Below are positions 45,759 to 58,683 of a stretch of DNA of 64,000 nt, in pieces (the first letter of the stretch is position 1; each line of letters begins with the position of its first letter). This DNA is from Rebecca billardiae RCC1528 (taxonomy: Eukaryota; Protista; Haptophyta). Under the pieces are notes generated by a model. That model was not told where the DNA came from. It saw only the letters and a list, made by a program, of their open reading frames with translations, and did not search any database. The DNA lies in contig OZ251224.1 in NCBI GenBank assembly GCA_965240325.2, forward strand, positions 992,001 through 1,056,000, given 5' to 3'. The position numbers and the translations under genes are program-made.

Positions 45759-48700
45759 TCAGCTCGTCTTTGCGGCTTCTGCGAGGCCGAGCGCGGTGCG
45801 CAGCACGCCGATGCGCGCCTTGGCGTCGTCGTCCATCGGTCCGTCCTTCATCGCGTTGGACTGGTAGCGCATCAGGATCTCCTGCGCGGCGTGGCGGGGG
45901 CGGGGGCGGCGCTCGCGGCGTGCATGAGCGCGCGCGCGCCGCGCTGGCGCCGCGCGCGCGCGCAGCCAGCCTGCCCCGCCAGGGCGCGCGTGCACGCGGC
46001 GCGCGCAGACGGCCTCGCGCGCGCGCACCTGCAGCTCCTGCGGCTGGACTGCGCTCGACGTCACCTTGAAGGGTGAGAGGCAGTTGAAGCGGATGAGCTG
46101 CTCGGTCTCGTCGAGGACGAGGTCCGGCTGGTTGCGTCGCAGCGCAGACATGGCCTGCAGCAGGTGCCCGTTGCACCGCCGCTCGATGCACTCCTGCAGC
46201 TCCTTGGTCACCGTCGGCTCGGGCAGGCCGTACGCCTCCTGCAGCTCCTGCAGCCGCGTCGTGTCGTCGGGCGGCACGTCGCCCGCCTCGATCGCCGACT
46301 CCATCTCGCAGCGGAGCATGCGCACGAGCCTCGAGACGGGCAGCTGCAGGTCGCGCTGCAGGTCGAGGCCAAAGCCCTCCGCGGTGTCGCGCACGCCGGC
46401 CACCGCCTCGGGCGTGACCTGCGACGCGTCGAACATGCGCTCGACCATCGTGGAGACGCGCATCTTCTTGGTCTCGCTCAGCAGCCGCTCGCACAGCGCG
46501 CCGTCCATGCCGAGCGCGGTCTGGATCGAGACGAGGAACTCGCGGTCCTCGTCGTTGAGCTGCCGCTCAGCGAGGACCTTGCTGAGGTACTTGCGGTAGA
46601 TCACCGCGCCCAGGTCGGACTGGATCCCCGCAACCTCCGCCGCGTCCAGCCCGAGGATCTTGGAGAGCAGCGGCGCCTCGCCCAGCCGCTTCTCCGAGTC
46701 GTCGCCCGAGCCGTTGAAGCACTCGACCAGGAACTGCTTGTACAGCTCCTTGAGCGACTTTGGGTCGACGAGGCCGCGCAGCGAGATCTTGCAGATGTCC
46801 GAGCCGTCCGCGTCGACCACCAGCTTCGCCGCGCGCGCGAACTCGACCAGCTTCAGCGCCTCGGCCGAGACGACGCCGCCCTCGACGCCGATCTTGCCTG
46901 CGCGGCGCGGAGCGCGCGCGGTGTTGCGCGGGGCGCGCTCGCGGGCGGCGGTGAGCGAGCGCGCGCGCGCGCGTGGCGACGGTGCGTGCGGGCGCGCGCC
47001 CGGCGCACGCCTCGCACAGCGGTGCCCGCCTCTCGCCGCACGGCGCGCGCCCGTGCGCGCACCCTCCGCCTCCTCGCCGTCCTTCTTGTCCACCTCCTTC
47101 TGCAGCGCGTCGATCATCTCCGCCACCGCCTTGTCGCCCACCTCCTTGAGCTTGCGCCGCGCCTCCTTGAGGTAGATCTCCTCGGCGACGTGCTCGGGGA
47201 GGCGCAGCCGCGCCTGCAGCTTCTCGAGGCCGTCCCAGTACTCGTCGAGGATGATGCCCGTGGTGCCCATCACCTCCTTCACCGAGCCCGCGTACGACGC
47301 GGCGCACACCTCCGTGTGGATCGGCTCGGTCACGCCGTCGTCGAGCTCGAGGAAGGTGCGCAACGAGCCGAGGCTCTCGTCGTCGGCCTCGGTCGGGATC
47401 TTGCCGCCTCCCGCCTTCTCAGAGAGGCGCGCCTTGTACACCGCGGCCTTCTGCCGCGTGACCACGTCGGCCGGCAGGCCGAGCTGCTGCTGCAGCGCCT
47501 TCAGCTCCGCCGCGCTCTCCGCCGAGAAGGCGGACGCGCCCGCCGGCGCGACCGCCTCGAGCTTGCTCTTGTACAGCGGCCCGGCCGCCTCCTCAAACGC
47601 ACGCGACGCGTCCGAGTCGCTCATGCCGAGCAGCGCCTTGAGCCGCGCGAGCGTGGCCTCGGCGCTCGCGTCGAGCTTGGACTGCTCGAGCGCGCGCAGC
47701 AGGTACACGCGGTACAGCTGGTTCGACTCGCTCGCCGAGCACTTGGTCGCCACGTCGCCCAAGTAGGTGCCGAGCACGGCCGCGTCGTCCGCGTCGGCCG
47801 CCGCCTTGCCCGACTTCTTCACAAAGCTCACCACGCGCTCCGAGAATGTGAGCAGGCCGTCGAGCGTCGCGCCGGCCTCCGCGGTGTTCTGCGAGCGCAG
47901 GCTCGTCAGCGCCGACGCGATCACCGACGAGGCGCGCTGCCGCACCGCGCTCACCTCGAGCTTGGACGCGCCTGCGCGGCGCGCGGCGCGTCCGAGCAGC
48001 GAGCGGCGCGCGGCGCGGTGAGCGCCGGGCGCGCGCCGTCCGGCGCCGTCCGGCGGCGGGGCGGGTCGCGACGCCGCGGGCGCGCGGCGCGATCCCCGGC
48101 GCGGCGGCGGCGCGCACCGCTCGTGCTGAGCGAGAGCTCCTGCTGCCGCGTCGCCAGCTTGCCCAGCAGCTGCGCCGACTGGTCGGTCTCGCTCTCTGCG
48201 AGCTCGGCCACGACCTCGTTGAGCGCGGCCGCGTAGAAGGGCGTGACCACGCCCTCGAGCACCTCGCGGCACGCGTCCTCGGTCAGGCCGTACGACGCGC
48301 GGATGGCCTCGAGCTTCTCGAGCTGCGAGGGCGTGAACTTGGCGCCCGACGTCTCGAGCGTCTTCGTCACGTGCCGCCGCAGCTCGTCCAGCTTCATCTT
48401 GAGCGTGCTCTGCTCGGAGAGGCCGAGCTGCGCGCCGACCGCGGCGAGGTCCTTCTCGCTCACCTTGCTCGGGTCCTTGAGGATGGTGGTGAGGAGCTCG
48501 CGGTAGAAGGGCGCGGCGACGCGCTCGACCCGCGCGACCCACTCCGCCTCGGCCAGCCCGAGCTTCTTCGACAGCCGCGTCTTCTCGTACCGGAAGCCCT
48601 CCTCGCTCGGGTCCTCGCCGAGCGTGCGGTCGGCGAGGAAGACGAGCTTGTCCAGCTTCTGCTTCGCCTCGTGCTCGTCGTCGGCCTGGAAGTAGGCGCG

Positions 48701-49360
48701 CTGCTCGGAGTAGAAGCGGCTGGCGGCGGCGAACGTCGCGTCGCCCACCACGTCGAAGCTCAGCTTGAACGCGCGCATCATCGTGAGCAGGTCGCTCAGC
48801 TCGGACGTCTTGGCCTGCGCCGAGCGCAGGCAGCCCGACAGGTAGATGCTGTACAGCTCGGCGAGCTGGCCGGGGAAGTCGGCCTCGGCGACGCCATACG
48901 ACTTGGCCAGCTCGAGGGCCTCGTCGTAGCCCACGTTCGCCACGCCCTTTTTCGACAGGAGCTGCGCCAGCACGGGCGAAGCCGCCTGCCTCCGCACGCT
49001 CATCAGCCGCTTGCGCGCGATCAGGCCGACGCCGCCCGCGGCCGCGGCAAAGACGCCCTTGACGACCGGGCGCACGGACGGCGTGAGCACCCAGCCGCCG
49101 GCGGCAGACGCGATCACGATGCCCTGCATCGCCAGCTTGCCCACCGGCGTGCCCAGCTTCGCCGGGAGGCCGCCCGCGTCCAGCGACGCCTCGAGGAACT
49201 TGTCGTCACCGCCAAACATCACGACGGCCGGCGCGCGCACACGCGAGGCCGGTTGCAACGGGCGTGCGCGCACGGCGGCGGGGGCACCACGCGCAGCCAC
49301 GTACGCCGCGCACGGCGACGCCGCGAACGCGAGCAGCAGTGTAAGCACAGCGCTCGCCAT
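45759..49360 (-). CDS. TIC110: Plastid inner-envelope translocon component Tic110; introns 47972..48117, 46898..47062, 45882..46028
   Basis: Bipartite leader, two N-terminal hydrophobic segments, LAELYSIYL, KLDKLVFLADR, LYRVYL..LKALLGM and LYKQF..LSKILGL. About 1050 aa, helical. Confidence 0.75.
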
Positions 49361-49515
49361 CGCGCCGCGTGTCTGGGTCGCCGGCGGTCGAAGATTGGAC
49401 TGCGCGAAAGCCGCGTGGCCGGAAGGTCGTGCGTGTATCGTCACTAATGAGCTTCATTTCAGCCCGCCATGCTGGTTCGTGACCGTGGTTTTTCGGAGAA
49501 CCGGAACGGCTGACG

Positions 49516-50481
49516 ATGCACTTTCCGCGCGAAAAATCAAAAACGGCCAAAGACAATCGTCATGCCAACAAACGGAAATTCCGGGCACCTTGCCGGGCCA
49601 CGGCGGGCCAGGTGCCGGCAGGGGCCCGGCGTCCCGCACGGCGTCGCACGACGGGCACCACGACGTACGCATGCGATGACGGCGGCGGCGGGGGTGGCGC
49701 GCGCATCGTGCTCGCCGTCCACCCCAAGGTGCCGCCTCAGCTCCTCCGCGACGCGCTGCGCGCGCTGGACGCCGCTCCGCGACCCATGCAGGCGAGCGTG
49801 GCCGTCGACCTCTACCTCGTGCCCGACGCGACGAGCGCGGGCCGCGCGGCGTACGTGGTGCGCGCGTCGACGGCCGCGCGCGCGCACGTGCTGTGCGATG
49901 GATCGATCGTGCACATCGAGCCGAGCGTCGCGGGCCTGCTCGGCCTCCGCCTCCTCGCGCACAAGCCGGGCGGCAGCATTCGCGTCGAGCAGTACGAGCA
50001 GTACACGTGCGGCGACTTCGTCCTCCGGCGCGGGCGCGTGTACCACCGCAACGCCGTGCAGTGCGACGTGCTCGAGGTCGAGTACACGCCGTGTGCGCAT
50101 GCTGCCCGCGGCGTCGCCCTGCTCCACGCCTTTGTGCGCGAGGCGCTGCCGCGCGAGCTCTTCCAAGCGCCGGGCAGCGGGGGCGCCGAGCCGGCCGGCG
50201 CGTCCGGCGCAAAGCGCGCCAGAGGGGCCGGCGGCGAGCGAGTCGTCATGCAGCAGCCGTACGCGTACGTGTACGACTACGATACGGCAGTACGCCCCGC
50301 GGGCGATGGCGAGGCTGTCGACGGCCTCCTCGCGCTCTCGCTGCTGCCGGCTCACCACACGGCCGAGCACACCGCGCGCGCGTATGCGGCGATGGCGCGG
50401 CAGATTGCGTCGGCTGGCGCAGCGCAGCAGGCCGTCTCGGCCCGCGCGGCGTCGGCCGCCGGGCGAGAGCGCCGGCACTGA
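49516..50481 (+). CDS. MED20: Mediator subunit MED20-like (start uncertain)
   Basis: IRVEQYEQYTCGDFVLRRGRV...VLEVEYTPC and terminal HTAEHTARAY resemble the Med20 GDF.++.G and ++E+EY.P signatures. Confidence 0.7.
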   Translation: MHFPREKSKTAKDNRHANKRKFRAPCRATAGQVPAGARRPARRRTTGTTTYACDDGGGGGGARIVLAVHPKVPPQLLRDALRALDAAPRPMQASVAVDLYLVPDATSAGRAAYVVRASTAARAHVLCDGSIVHIEPSVAGLLGLRLLAHKPGGSIRVEQYEQYTCGDFVLRRGRVYHRNAVQCDVLEVEYTPCAHAARGVALLHAFVREALPRELFQAPGSGGAEPAGASGAKRARGAGGERVVMQQPYAYVYDYDTAVRPAGDGEAVDGLLALSLLPAHHTAEHTARAYAAMARQIASAGAAQQAVSARAASAAGRERRH

Positions 50482-50702
50482 GGCTCGCGTCGCGGGCGCT
50501 CAGCCCCGTCCCGCGCGCGGAGCTCGGGCGCTTGGCTGCCAATGTGAGTCCGGGCCGCCTTGCGAGACGGTCCGGACGCAGCGGCATAAATTAACCGCAC
50601 GACGAAACTGCCCGCGCGCGCGGCTCGCGCTCGCTCTGTCGCTCATTACGGAGCCGCCGCCGCCGCACGAAGACGCCGACGTCCGTCGCAGACCCTCGAA
50701 AG

Positions 50703-51122
50703 ATGTTCGCCGTCCTCGCCCTCGCCGCGTCCGCCTTCTCGGGCCCTGCGCTCTCGCGCTCGGCGTTCTCGCCGGCGGTGCAGATGAGCGCGGCCGACAA
50801 CGTCAAGGCCGGCCTCGCCGCCGCCGCGCTCGTCGTGTCGGCGCCGGCCCTGGCCGCGGACCTCGCGAACGGCCAGTCGGTTTTCGAGGGCAACTGCGCG
50901 GCGTGCCACGCGGGCGGCCAGAACTCGGTGCAGCCGGAGAAGACGCTCGAGCTCGCTTCGCTCAAGTCGTACCTCGCAAACTTCAACGGCGACGAGTCGG
51001 CCATCGTGACGCAGGTCACCAACGGCAAGAACGCCATGCCGGCGTTCGGCGGCCGCCTCGAGGACGATGAGATCGCGGACGTCGCGGCGTACGTGCTCAG
51101 CAAGGCCAAGGGCGGCTGGTAA
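50703..51122 (+). CDS. petJ: Cytochrome c6, nucleus-encoded, with signal + transit + lumenal leader
   Basis: [44 protein letters not shown] and VAAYVL; CxxCH heme motif. Confidence 0.96.
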   Translation: MFAVLALAASAFSGPALSRSAFSPAVQMSAADNVKAGLAAAALVVSAPALAADLANGQSVFEGNCAACHAGGQNSVQPEKTLELASLKSYLANFNGDESAIVTQVTNGKNAMPAFGGRLEDDEIADVAAYVLSKAKGGW

Positions 51123-51713
51123 ACACGCAACGGTGTACCCGGTCGAGCGCAGTCGGAACCTGATCTGAGGGTTGCTCAGCGGTCGTCACCCACCCATCCC
51201 CCTCGCCGTGGAGGCGCGGACGGCCAGGCGCGTGCCGCCCCTGGCGTCCGCCGCTGCGCAGGCACTTTGTGCGCCTGCGCGGGTCGGCGGCGAGTGCACT
51301 TCGTCGTGCGCCCGCGGCACGGGCGGCCCCGTCAGGCGCTTTCGCGTCGCCGGGGTCGTCCTAGGCCAAGGCCCGGCTGCTGGCTACATGCAGCCCACCT
51401 GGCCTTGCGGGGTTCCAACCGCGCTCGCTGTAACCGGCAGCCAGCAAGCGGACGACGCGGTAACGGGAACGGCGGTGCGTTGGGTTCAGGATGACTGTGC
51501 TGAGGGCTGACTCGGAGCAGGGCCGCCGCTGCGGTGGCGGTCCGTGGGGGCCGACAGCGCTTGACCGCGACGATTGTACATACGGCGCTGTTTAGGTCGC
51601 CGCTAGTAGACTGATTCGGATGAACGACTGAGTGACTGACCGATTAAAATTTAGGCTTATTAGATTATTCCAGGATATAGTTCGAAATTCGATCTAAATT
51701 GTACCGCCCAGTA

Positions 51714-51822
51714 CTGGCTGATTGAGACCCAGCCGTTTCATCTCCGCGACGTCGATTTTCTGGCGACGCCGCTCCGCGCCAGCGCGGAGCTCGCCAGAAA
51801 AGGCGGGGTCTCAACCCGCCAG
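51714..51822. mobile_element. 109-bp MITE with ~21-bp TIRs and 9-bp TSD CGCCCAGTA
   Basis: ctggctgattgagacccagcc ... ggcggggtctcaacccgccag. CGCCCAGTA at 51705-51713 and 51823-51831. Internal hairpin 51756-51801. Confidence 0.8.
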
Positions 51823-51937
51823 CGCCCAGTAGGCCAGTCATTTGAAGTCACGACCCGGAATCCGAAATCCGGATGCCTCTGGTTCGCTGCTGCAGTGCTT
51901 GGATACCGTAAAGGTAAACGCAGAACTGGCGCCCAAC

Positions 51938-52891
51938 TTATCGCGGAGCGTGCAGCTGGCTATGCTTGCTGTAGAGGCCAGCTGCGAGCACGGCCACTGC
52001 CCCAACGGCAATCGCGTGCGCCAAGCGGTGCGAAGAGCGCACCTTCAGCTCATCGGGAGCTCGCGTGAACTGGCCGCGCGCGAGCTCGCGCCATGGCGCG
52101 TTGGCGTGCTCTGCCTTCATGTGCACGCTCTTGTCGTCGAGCTTGAGCATGCGCCCGGTCTGCTCGTCCCTGAGCAGCACACTGCGGTGCATGAGCGGCA
52201 CGGCGGCGGCAACCATGACGCCGAGCGCGAAGATCACCAGCACGAGCAGCGTCCCCGGCGGAAGCCGCGCCGCGCGTGCGAGCTGCAGCCACGCTACTGG
52301 CCACGGCACGCGTGGGAGCGAGTGCTGCTGCGCGGAGGCGACAAAGGCGAGCGAGCCGAGGACGGCCTGCTGGTTGGCGTCGAGGCGGTGGAAGTGCGTC
52401 CACGCAAGGTTGAGCCACCAGAGCCACGAGGTGCCGCACTCGGCGCGCATCTGCATCAGCACCGTGGACTCCGTACCCGCGCTGTCGAGCTCGCGCCACA
52501 GCAGGTGGCCCTCCTCGCGCACGAAGCGGAAGCCGTCTGCAGACCACTCGGCACGGCCGATGGGCGCCGCGTGCTCGGCAGCCGCATCGCTGGCTGGAGC
52601 GGCCCCCGCCGCACCGTCGCGCCCTTCCGAGGACGACGGGTGGCCAGCCGGCGCGCCGATCATCCGCAGCTGGTGCGCCGCTCCCGTCGCCGTGTATCGA
52701 TCGATGAGCGCACCACTTGCCTTGTCGCGCGACACCCACACGTGTTCCGCGAAGGTGGCCTGGCGCACCCGGCCACCACGCGGGATATCGTGGTACCACT
52801 TTTCCTCCCCGCCATTCAGCCAGTATACGCCCACCAAAGCCGCGTTACAGGCGCCGTGGACAGCGAACTCGATCGAGACAGCGGACGCCAT
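51938..52891 (-). CDS. VHL beta-domain protein with C-terminal hydrophobic segments
   Basis: SIEF....VGVYWLNGGEEKWYHDIPRGGRVRQATFAEHVWVSRD matches the VHL beta domain (V.VYW+...G....Y..L.PG....QTY..HPW). TM LLVLVIFALGVMVAAAVPLM. Confidence 0.65.
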   Translation of the reverse strand: MASAVSIEFAVHGACNAALVGVYWLNGGEEKWYHDIPRGGRVRQATFAEHVWVSRDKASGALIDRYTATGAAHQLRMIGAPAGHPSSSEGRDGAAGAAPASDAAAEHAAPIGRAEWSADGFRFVREEGHLLWRELDSAGTESTVLMQMRAECGTSWLWWLNLAWTHFHRLDANQQAVLGSLAFVASAQQHSLPRVPWPVAWLQLARAARLPPGTLLVLVIFALGVMVAAAVPLMHRSVLLRDEQTGRMLKLDDKSVHMKAEHANAPWRELARGQFTRAPDELKVRSSHRLAHAIAVGAVAVLAAGLYSKHSQLHAPR

Positions 52892-53158
52892 GATTGTCGA
52901 GTGTAAAGGCTGCGAAGTCCGGCCGGGCAACTCGGGGCAAGCCCCGCACCGCGCAGCGGGGCAGTGGTCCGATAAGGATCCATCAAGTCACGGCTTGGCT
53001 TGATGAGGATGACGAGCAGGCGCCGGCGTGGATCGTCTACAATAGCACGGACCGCAGGCCTGATGGCAACAGCCAACGTATGCCAGTAGTTGTGTCTGAT
53101 ACCTCATGCCGCGGATGTGACAGTCCAGCAGTCCGAAGCCTGCCAGTGACGTACAGAC

Positions 53159-54061
53159 TCAGAGCACGTGCGCCCACTTGTCGACCATGGACTCGCTGCC
53201 GTACCACGCGTAACTGTCTGGCAGCTCGATGCTGTCGAGAGCAGTGGGTATGAAGCCGGCGTGGTGGCACTCGTCCAGCACGAGCGAATCGCAGCCGCCA
53301 TCGAGCAGCCCCGTCTGCACGGGGATCAGGCCGTCCCCCGCCACTCCAAACGACTCGCCGCTCAGCGCGAGGTACGACGGGAGCGCGACGAGGCGCTCGA
53401 GCAGCTGCGAGCGTCCGCGCTCGGGGTCCCAGCTCTGGGACTTGAGAAGCTCGCCGACGCCGCCTGTGCTCGTGCCGCTGCCGATCACGCAGCAGACACG
53501 GCTCGGCTGCAGCGGCGCGCCGCACGGGAACTCCGAGTTGATGTACGTGAGCAGGCCGCGCGTCTGGTCGACCTTGGAGAGCGGGGACGCCTCGGGCGGC
53601 GGCTGGTGCGGCGTGCCCAGCGTCACGAGCCGTTGCACGCGCGCACGGGCGCGCTCCTCGCCGAGCCGCTCGCCGAGGTACGCGCGCGCGACCCATCCGC
53701 CGATGCTGTGCCCGATGAGCGAGACAGGGCTGTCTGGGCCGTGCTCCTCATCCACGCTGGCGAACGCGCGGTCGAGCGCCTCGTAGTAGAAGCCGAGAGT
53801 CGGCGTGGGCCGTAGCTCGCCCTTCCAGAACTCGGGCGTGAACGTCGCCGGGGCAATGCGCAGCCAAGAGAATCGCGTGAGTGGCGCGACGTACACGCTA
53901 TGCCCGCGCGCCTCGAGCTGGCTGGCGAGCGTGCGGTAGTCTCGTGGCACCCCGAACTGAGCGGGCGCGATGATGACCGGCCGCGCGGCCGCCGGGCCGC
54001 ACGATGCCCTCGCAGCAAGCGCGCACAGCAGCAGCGCCGCACGACGCACCGACGAGAACAT
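53159..54061 (-). CDS. Alpha/beta hydrolase (PGAP1/lipase-like)
   Basis: Nucleophile elbow LIGHSIGGWVARAYLG, LVTLGTPH, GDGLIP and WYGS; N-terminal signal-like peptide. Confidence 0.85.
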   Translation of the reverse strand: MFSSVRRAALLLCALAARASCGPAAARPVIIAPAQFGVPRDYRTLASQLEARGHSVYVAPLTRFSWLRIAPATFTPEFWKGELRPTPTLGFYYEALDRAFASVDEEHGPDSPVSLIGHSIGGWVARAYLGERLGEERARARVQRLVTLGTPHQPPPEASPLSKVDQTRGLLTYINSEFPCGAPLQPSRVCCVIGSGTSTGGVGELLKSQSWDPERGRSQLLERLVALPSYLALSGESFGVAGDGLIPVQTGLLDGGCDSLVLDECHHAGFIPTALDSIELPDSYAWYGSESMVDKWAHVL

Positions 54062-54247
54062 CCTAATGACCGTGCAGGGTCCGTCCGCGTGCAGCACCGG
54101 TGGGCAGGGTGCGTCGCACGGTCGCAGATGCACGACCGCTGTGTTCCGGCGTGGGCGTAGCGCCAGATTCCGTCACATCTCGGCAAGTCGGGAACTTTTG
54201 ACTTTTATTCGCGTTGCGTTCCAGCCGGAACTGACCTGGAGACCAGC

Positions 54248-54734
54248 ATGGCGCCCCGACCAGGCGCCACGGCCAGGCCCAAGCCGAGAAAGAAAGCCAA
54301 GCAGAAGGGAGATGAAGTCAAGCACGAGCGCGCACTGGTGTCCTCGGTTCTAGACCAGATGATGGAGAAGCAGAACCGCCAGCTGGAGCAAGAGCGGGAC
54401 AAGCAAGACGCCATGGTTTCGGCGGAAGAGGCGCAGCGCAAGAAGCGCGAGCAGCGCAAGGTTGCAAAGGTGTGCATGTCGCTACCACGCGCGCCCGCGC
54501 GTGCGCCTCGTGACATGCGCACGTCATGGGCTGAACCCCTCAACCCCCACCCTTGCGCAGCTTGAAGCACGCAGACGACGCAAGGCTGAAATCAAGGCCA
54601 TCGCACAGGAGCGGGCAGCCTCTCGCGCAAAGCAGCACAAGTCCAAGCTGGCCAGTGCTGCACGTGGCAAGAAGGGTGTCCACAAGCGGCAGGGCAGGGT
54701 CACTTTCGCTGCAGATCTACTTGCCCGTGGATGA
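54248..54734 (+). CDS. Small basic coiled-coil hypothetical protein; intron 54470..54560
   Basis: Lys/Arg-rich ORF joined by GT-AG intron (KVAK|LEARRRRK), ending RVTFAAD. Confidence 0.65.
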
Positions 54735-54975
54735 CACCCCCAGCGCATCGCTAAGTTGTTTCTCCGTGTGTATCATACTGCTATGTACCGGGCTCATGGC
54801 TCGCCTCCGACCCGAGCACGGAGCATTGCCGGTCCCGCGCGCCCGTGCCGGGCCGCCGTCTGCGGTCTGAGCCCACGAGGCTCCGTCGCAGCCTGCTGGC
54901 GCTGCTCATCAGAAGTCCGACAGCAGGTGCGTCCTAACTTGGTGACGCTCTGCTGCTGTAACGACCCACTAATAA

Positions 54976-56924
<1,949 letters not shown>

Positions 56925-57537
56925 GCCCGGGCACAGCGCACGTGCCGGCATCGGCATCGGGTGGCGCGAGGTTACCTGAGGTACCGGCGCACTGGACCAG
57001 GCTGGCAGGCGGCCGGTGGCCGCCCGGCTGGGACCCATGCCCGTGGCGCGGTTGGGTTATATGGACGACGGATCGGTCGCCGATCGGCGCCAATCGCGGA
57101 ATGGCCGCGGGCAAGCTGAGGCTGTAACGGGCACGGCGCACGGTTGGCCAGTCCGGGCCAGCGCGGGAGTGCCGCGCCGCTGACGGCCGGGGCTGCCCGC
57201 CCGTGGCAGGCTGCCCGGGATTGCAGCGCGTTATTACAACGTCTTGGAGCATCGCCATCGGCATCGGGCGCCGTTGGTAATGGTATTGGTAACGTCACTG
57301 ACGCACGTGCATAGGAGCATTTGACCATTGTGCCAGAGTCCGAGGATAGCACCGCATAGTTGCCGTGAGGGGTTGGACGACGGACTCGGTCTCGGAGGCT
57401 GCAGCGCGCATCAAAATGACGAATGAATATGACCAAAGGAGCGCCCAAAATAATAATGCCAAAATGGGAGCGCCCGTCCGCGGACATCGGCGGCGGGAGG
57501 CCGCGACTTGCCGACTTCGGTGTCGCGACACAATCGC

Positions 57538-58384
57538 ATGGCTTTCTCCATCATGCTCGCCCGAAGCCTTCGGATGAGGGCGATGACAGTGCCGCACGCC
57601 GCGTGGGTGGCGGGCGTGCGCCGCTTGGCTGCGGCCTCTGGCGCCCGCCAACGCTTCCCCGTCCCCGCGATGGGAGACTCGATCACAGAGGGCACGATCG
57701 TCGAGATTGGGAAGGCGGTGGGCGACCGCGTGGACGCGGAGGAGTTGCTCATGCAGGTCGAGACGGACAAGGTGCGGAGGGCCGCGCCAGCATTCGCGCT
57801 CTCCCTGCACGCGCATCTCACACACGCATGCGTGCATCCCCGCCCGACCCCCGCCCTCCCCGGTGCAGGTGACCATCGACGTGCGTTCGCCCGAGTCTGG
57901 TGTGCTCACGTCGCTCTTCTCACAAGTGGGCGACACCATCATCGTCGGCAACGACCTTTACGAGCTCGAGCTCGGGGAAGGTTCAGCCGCGTCGGCGTCC
58001 GCCACGGCCGATGCCGCCGCGCCTCCGCCGCCGCAGCCCGCCGCCGAGCCGCCAGCAGCTGAGCATGCTGGTGGCAGCGCGCCTGCTGCCTCCGGTCAGC
58101 GCGTGCACCCGTCGGGCAACCCGGTGCTCATCAGCTTCAGCCGCCGCGGAACCGGAGGGGCGACCAGTGAGACTACTGCCAGCGAGGCCAGGGCCCCAAA
58201 AACAGCGCTGGCGACGAGCCCCTCCAGCTCCGTCGGCACCCCGGCGAGCGCGCACCCGTTCACGCTCGCGCCCCTGTGGAGCGCGCAGGACGAGGAGGTG
58301 GTGCGCAGGTACCGCCGGCTGCAGCTGAGCGAGGACGAGATGGCGGTGATTGACTCGGGCGGCGCGGACCACTTCATAAAATGA
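57538..58384 (+). CDS. Mitochondrial lipoyl-domain protein fused to KGD4/MRPS36-like motifs; intron 57772..57868
   Basis: Arg/Ala-rich presequence, E2o-type lipoyl domain (VPAMGDSITEGTI...VETDK|VTIDVRSP), PVLISFSRR and C-terminal RYRRLQLSEDEMAVIDSGGA. No acyltransferase domain. Confidence 0.8.
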
Positions 58385-58683
58385 ACGCGGCTGGCGTTGG
58401 CGATGGTGAGGCATGCACGTCGCTTACAGCCGCAGTCACGCGCCGCTCGGAGCGCTGGCTGATATATAATTTGGGCCGGGGGAAAATTGGCAAGTCATCT
58501 GAGCTGGCGCGCCGTGCCGGCCGGCGTGGCGCGAATCGCGCGAATTCATCACTACGCACATCATCGACGCATATCGCTTGGGCACCGGCACCGGCCACCG
58601 GGGCCGGGGCCCGAATGCCATATGGCGACGAAACCGAGAGTATTTCGCAACTGACTTGATCTGAATGATGACTACAATAATGA

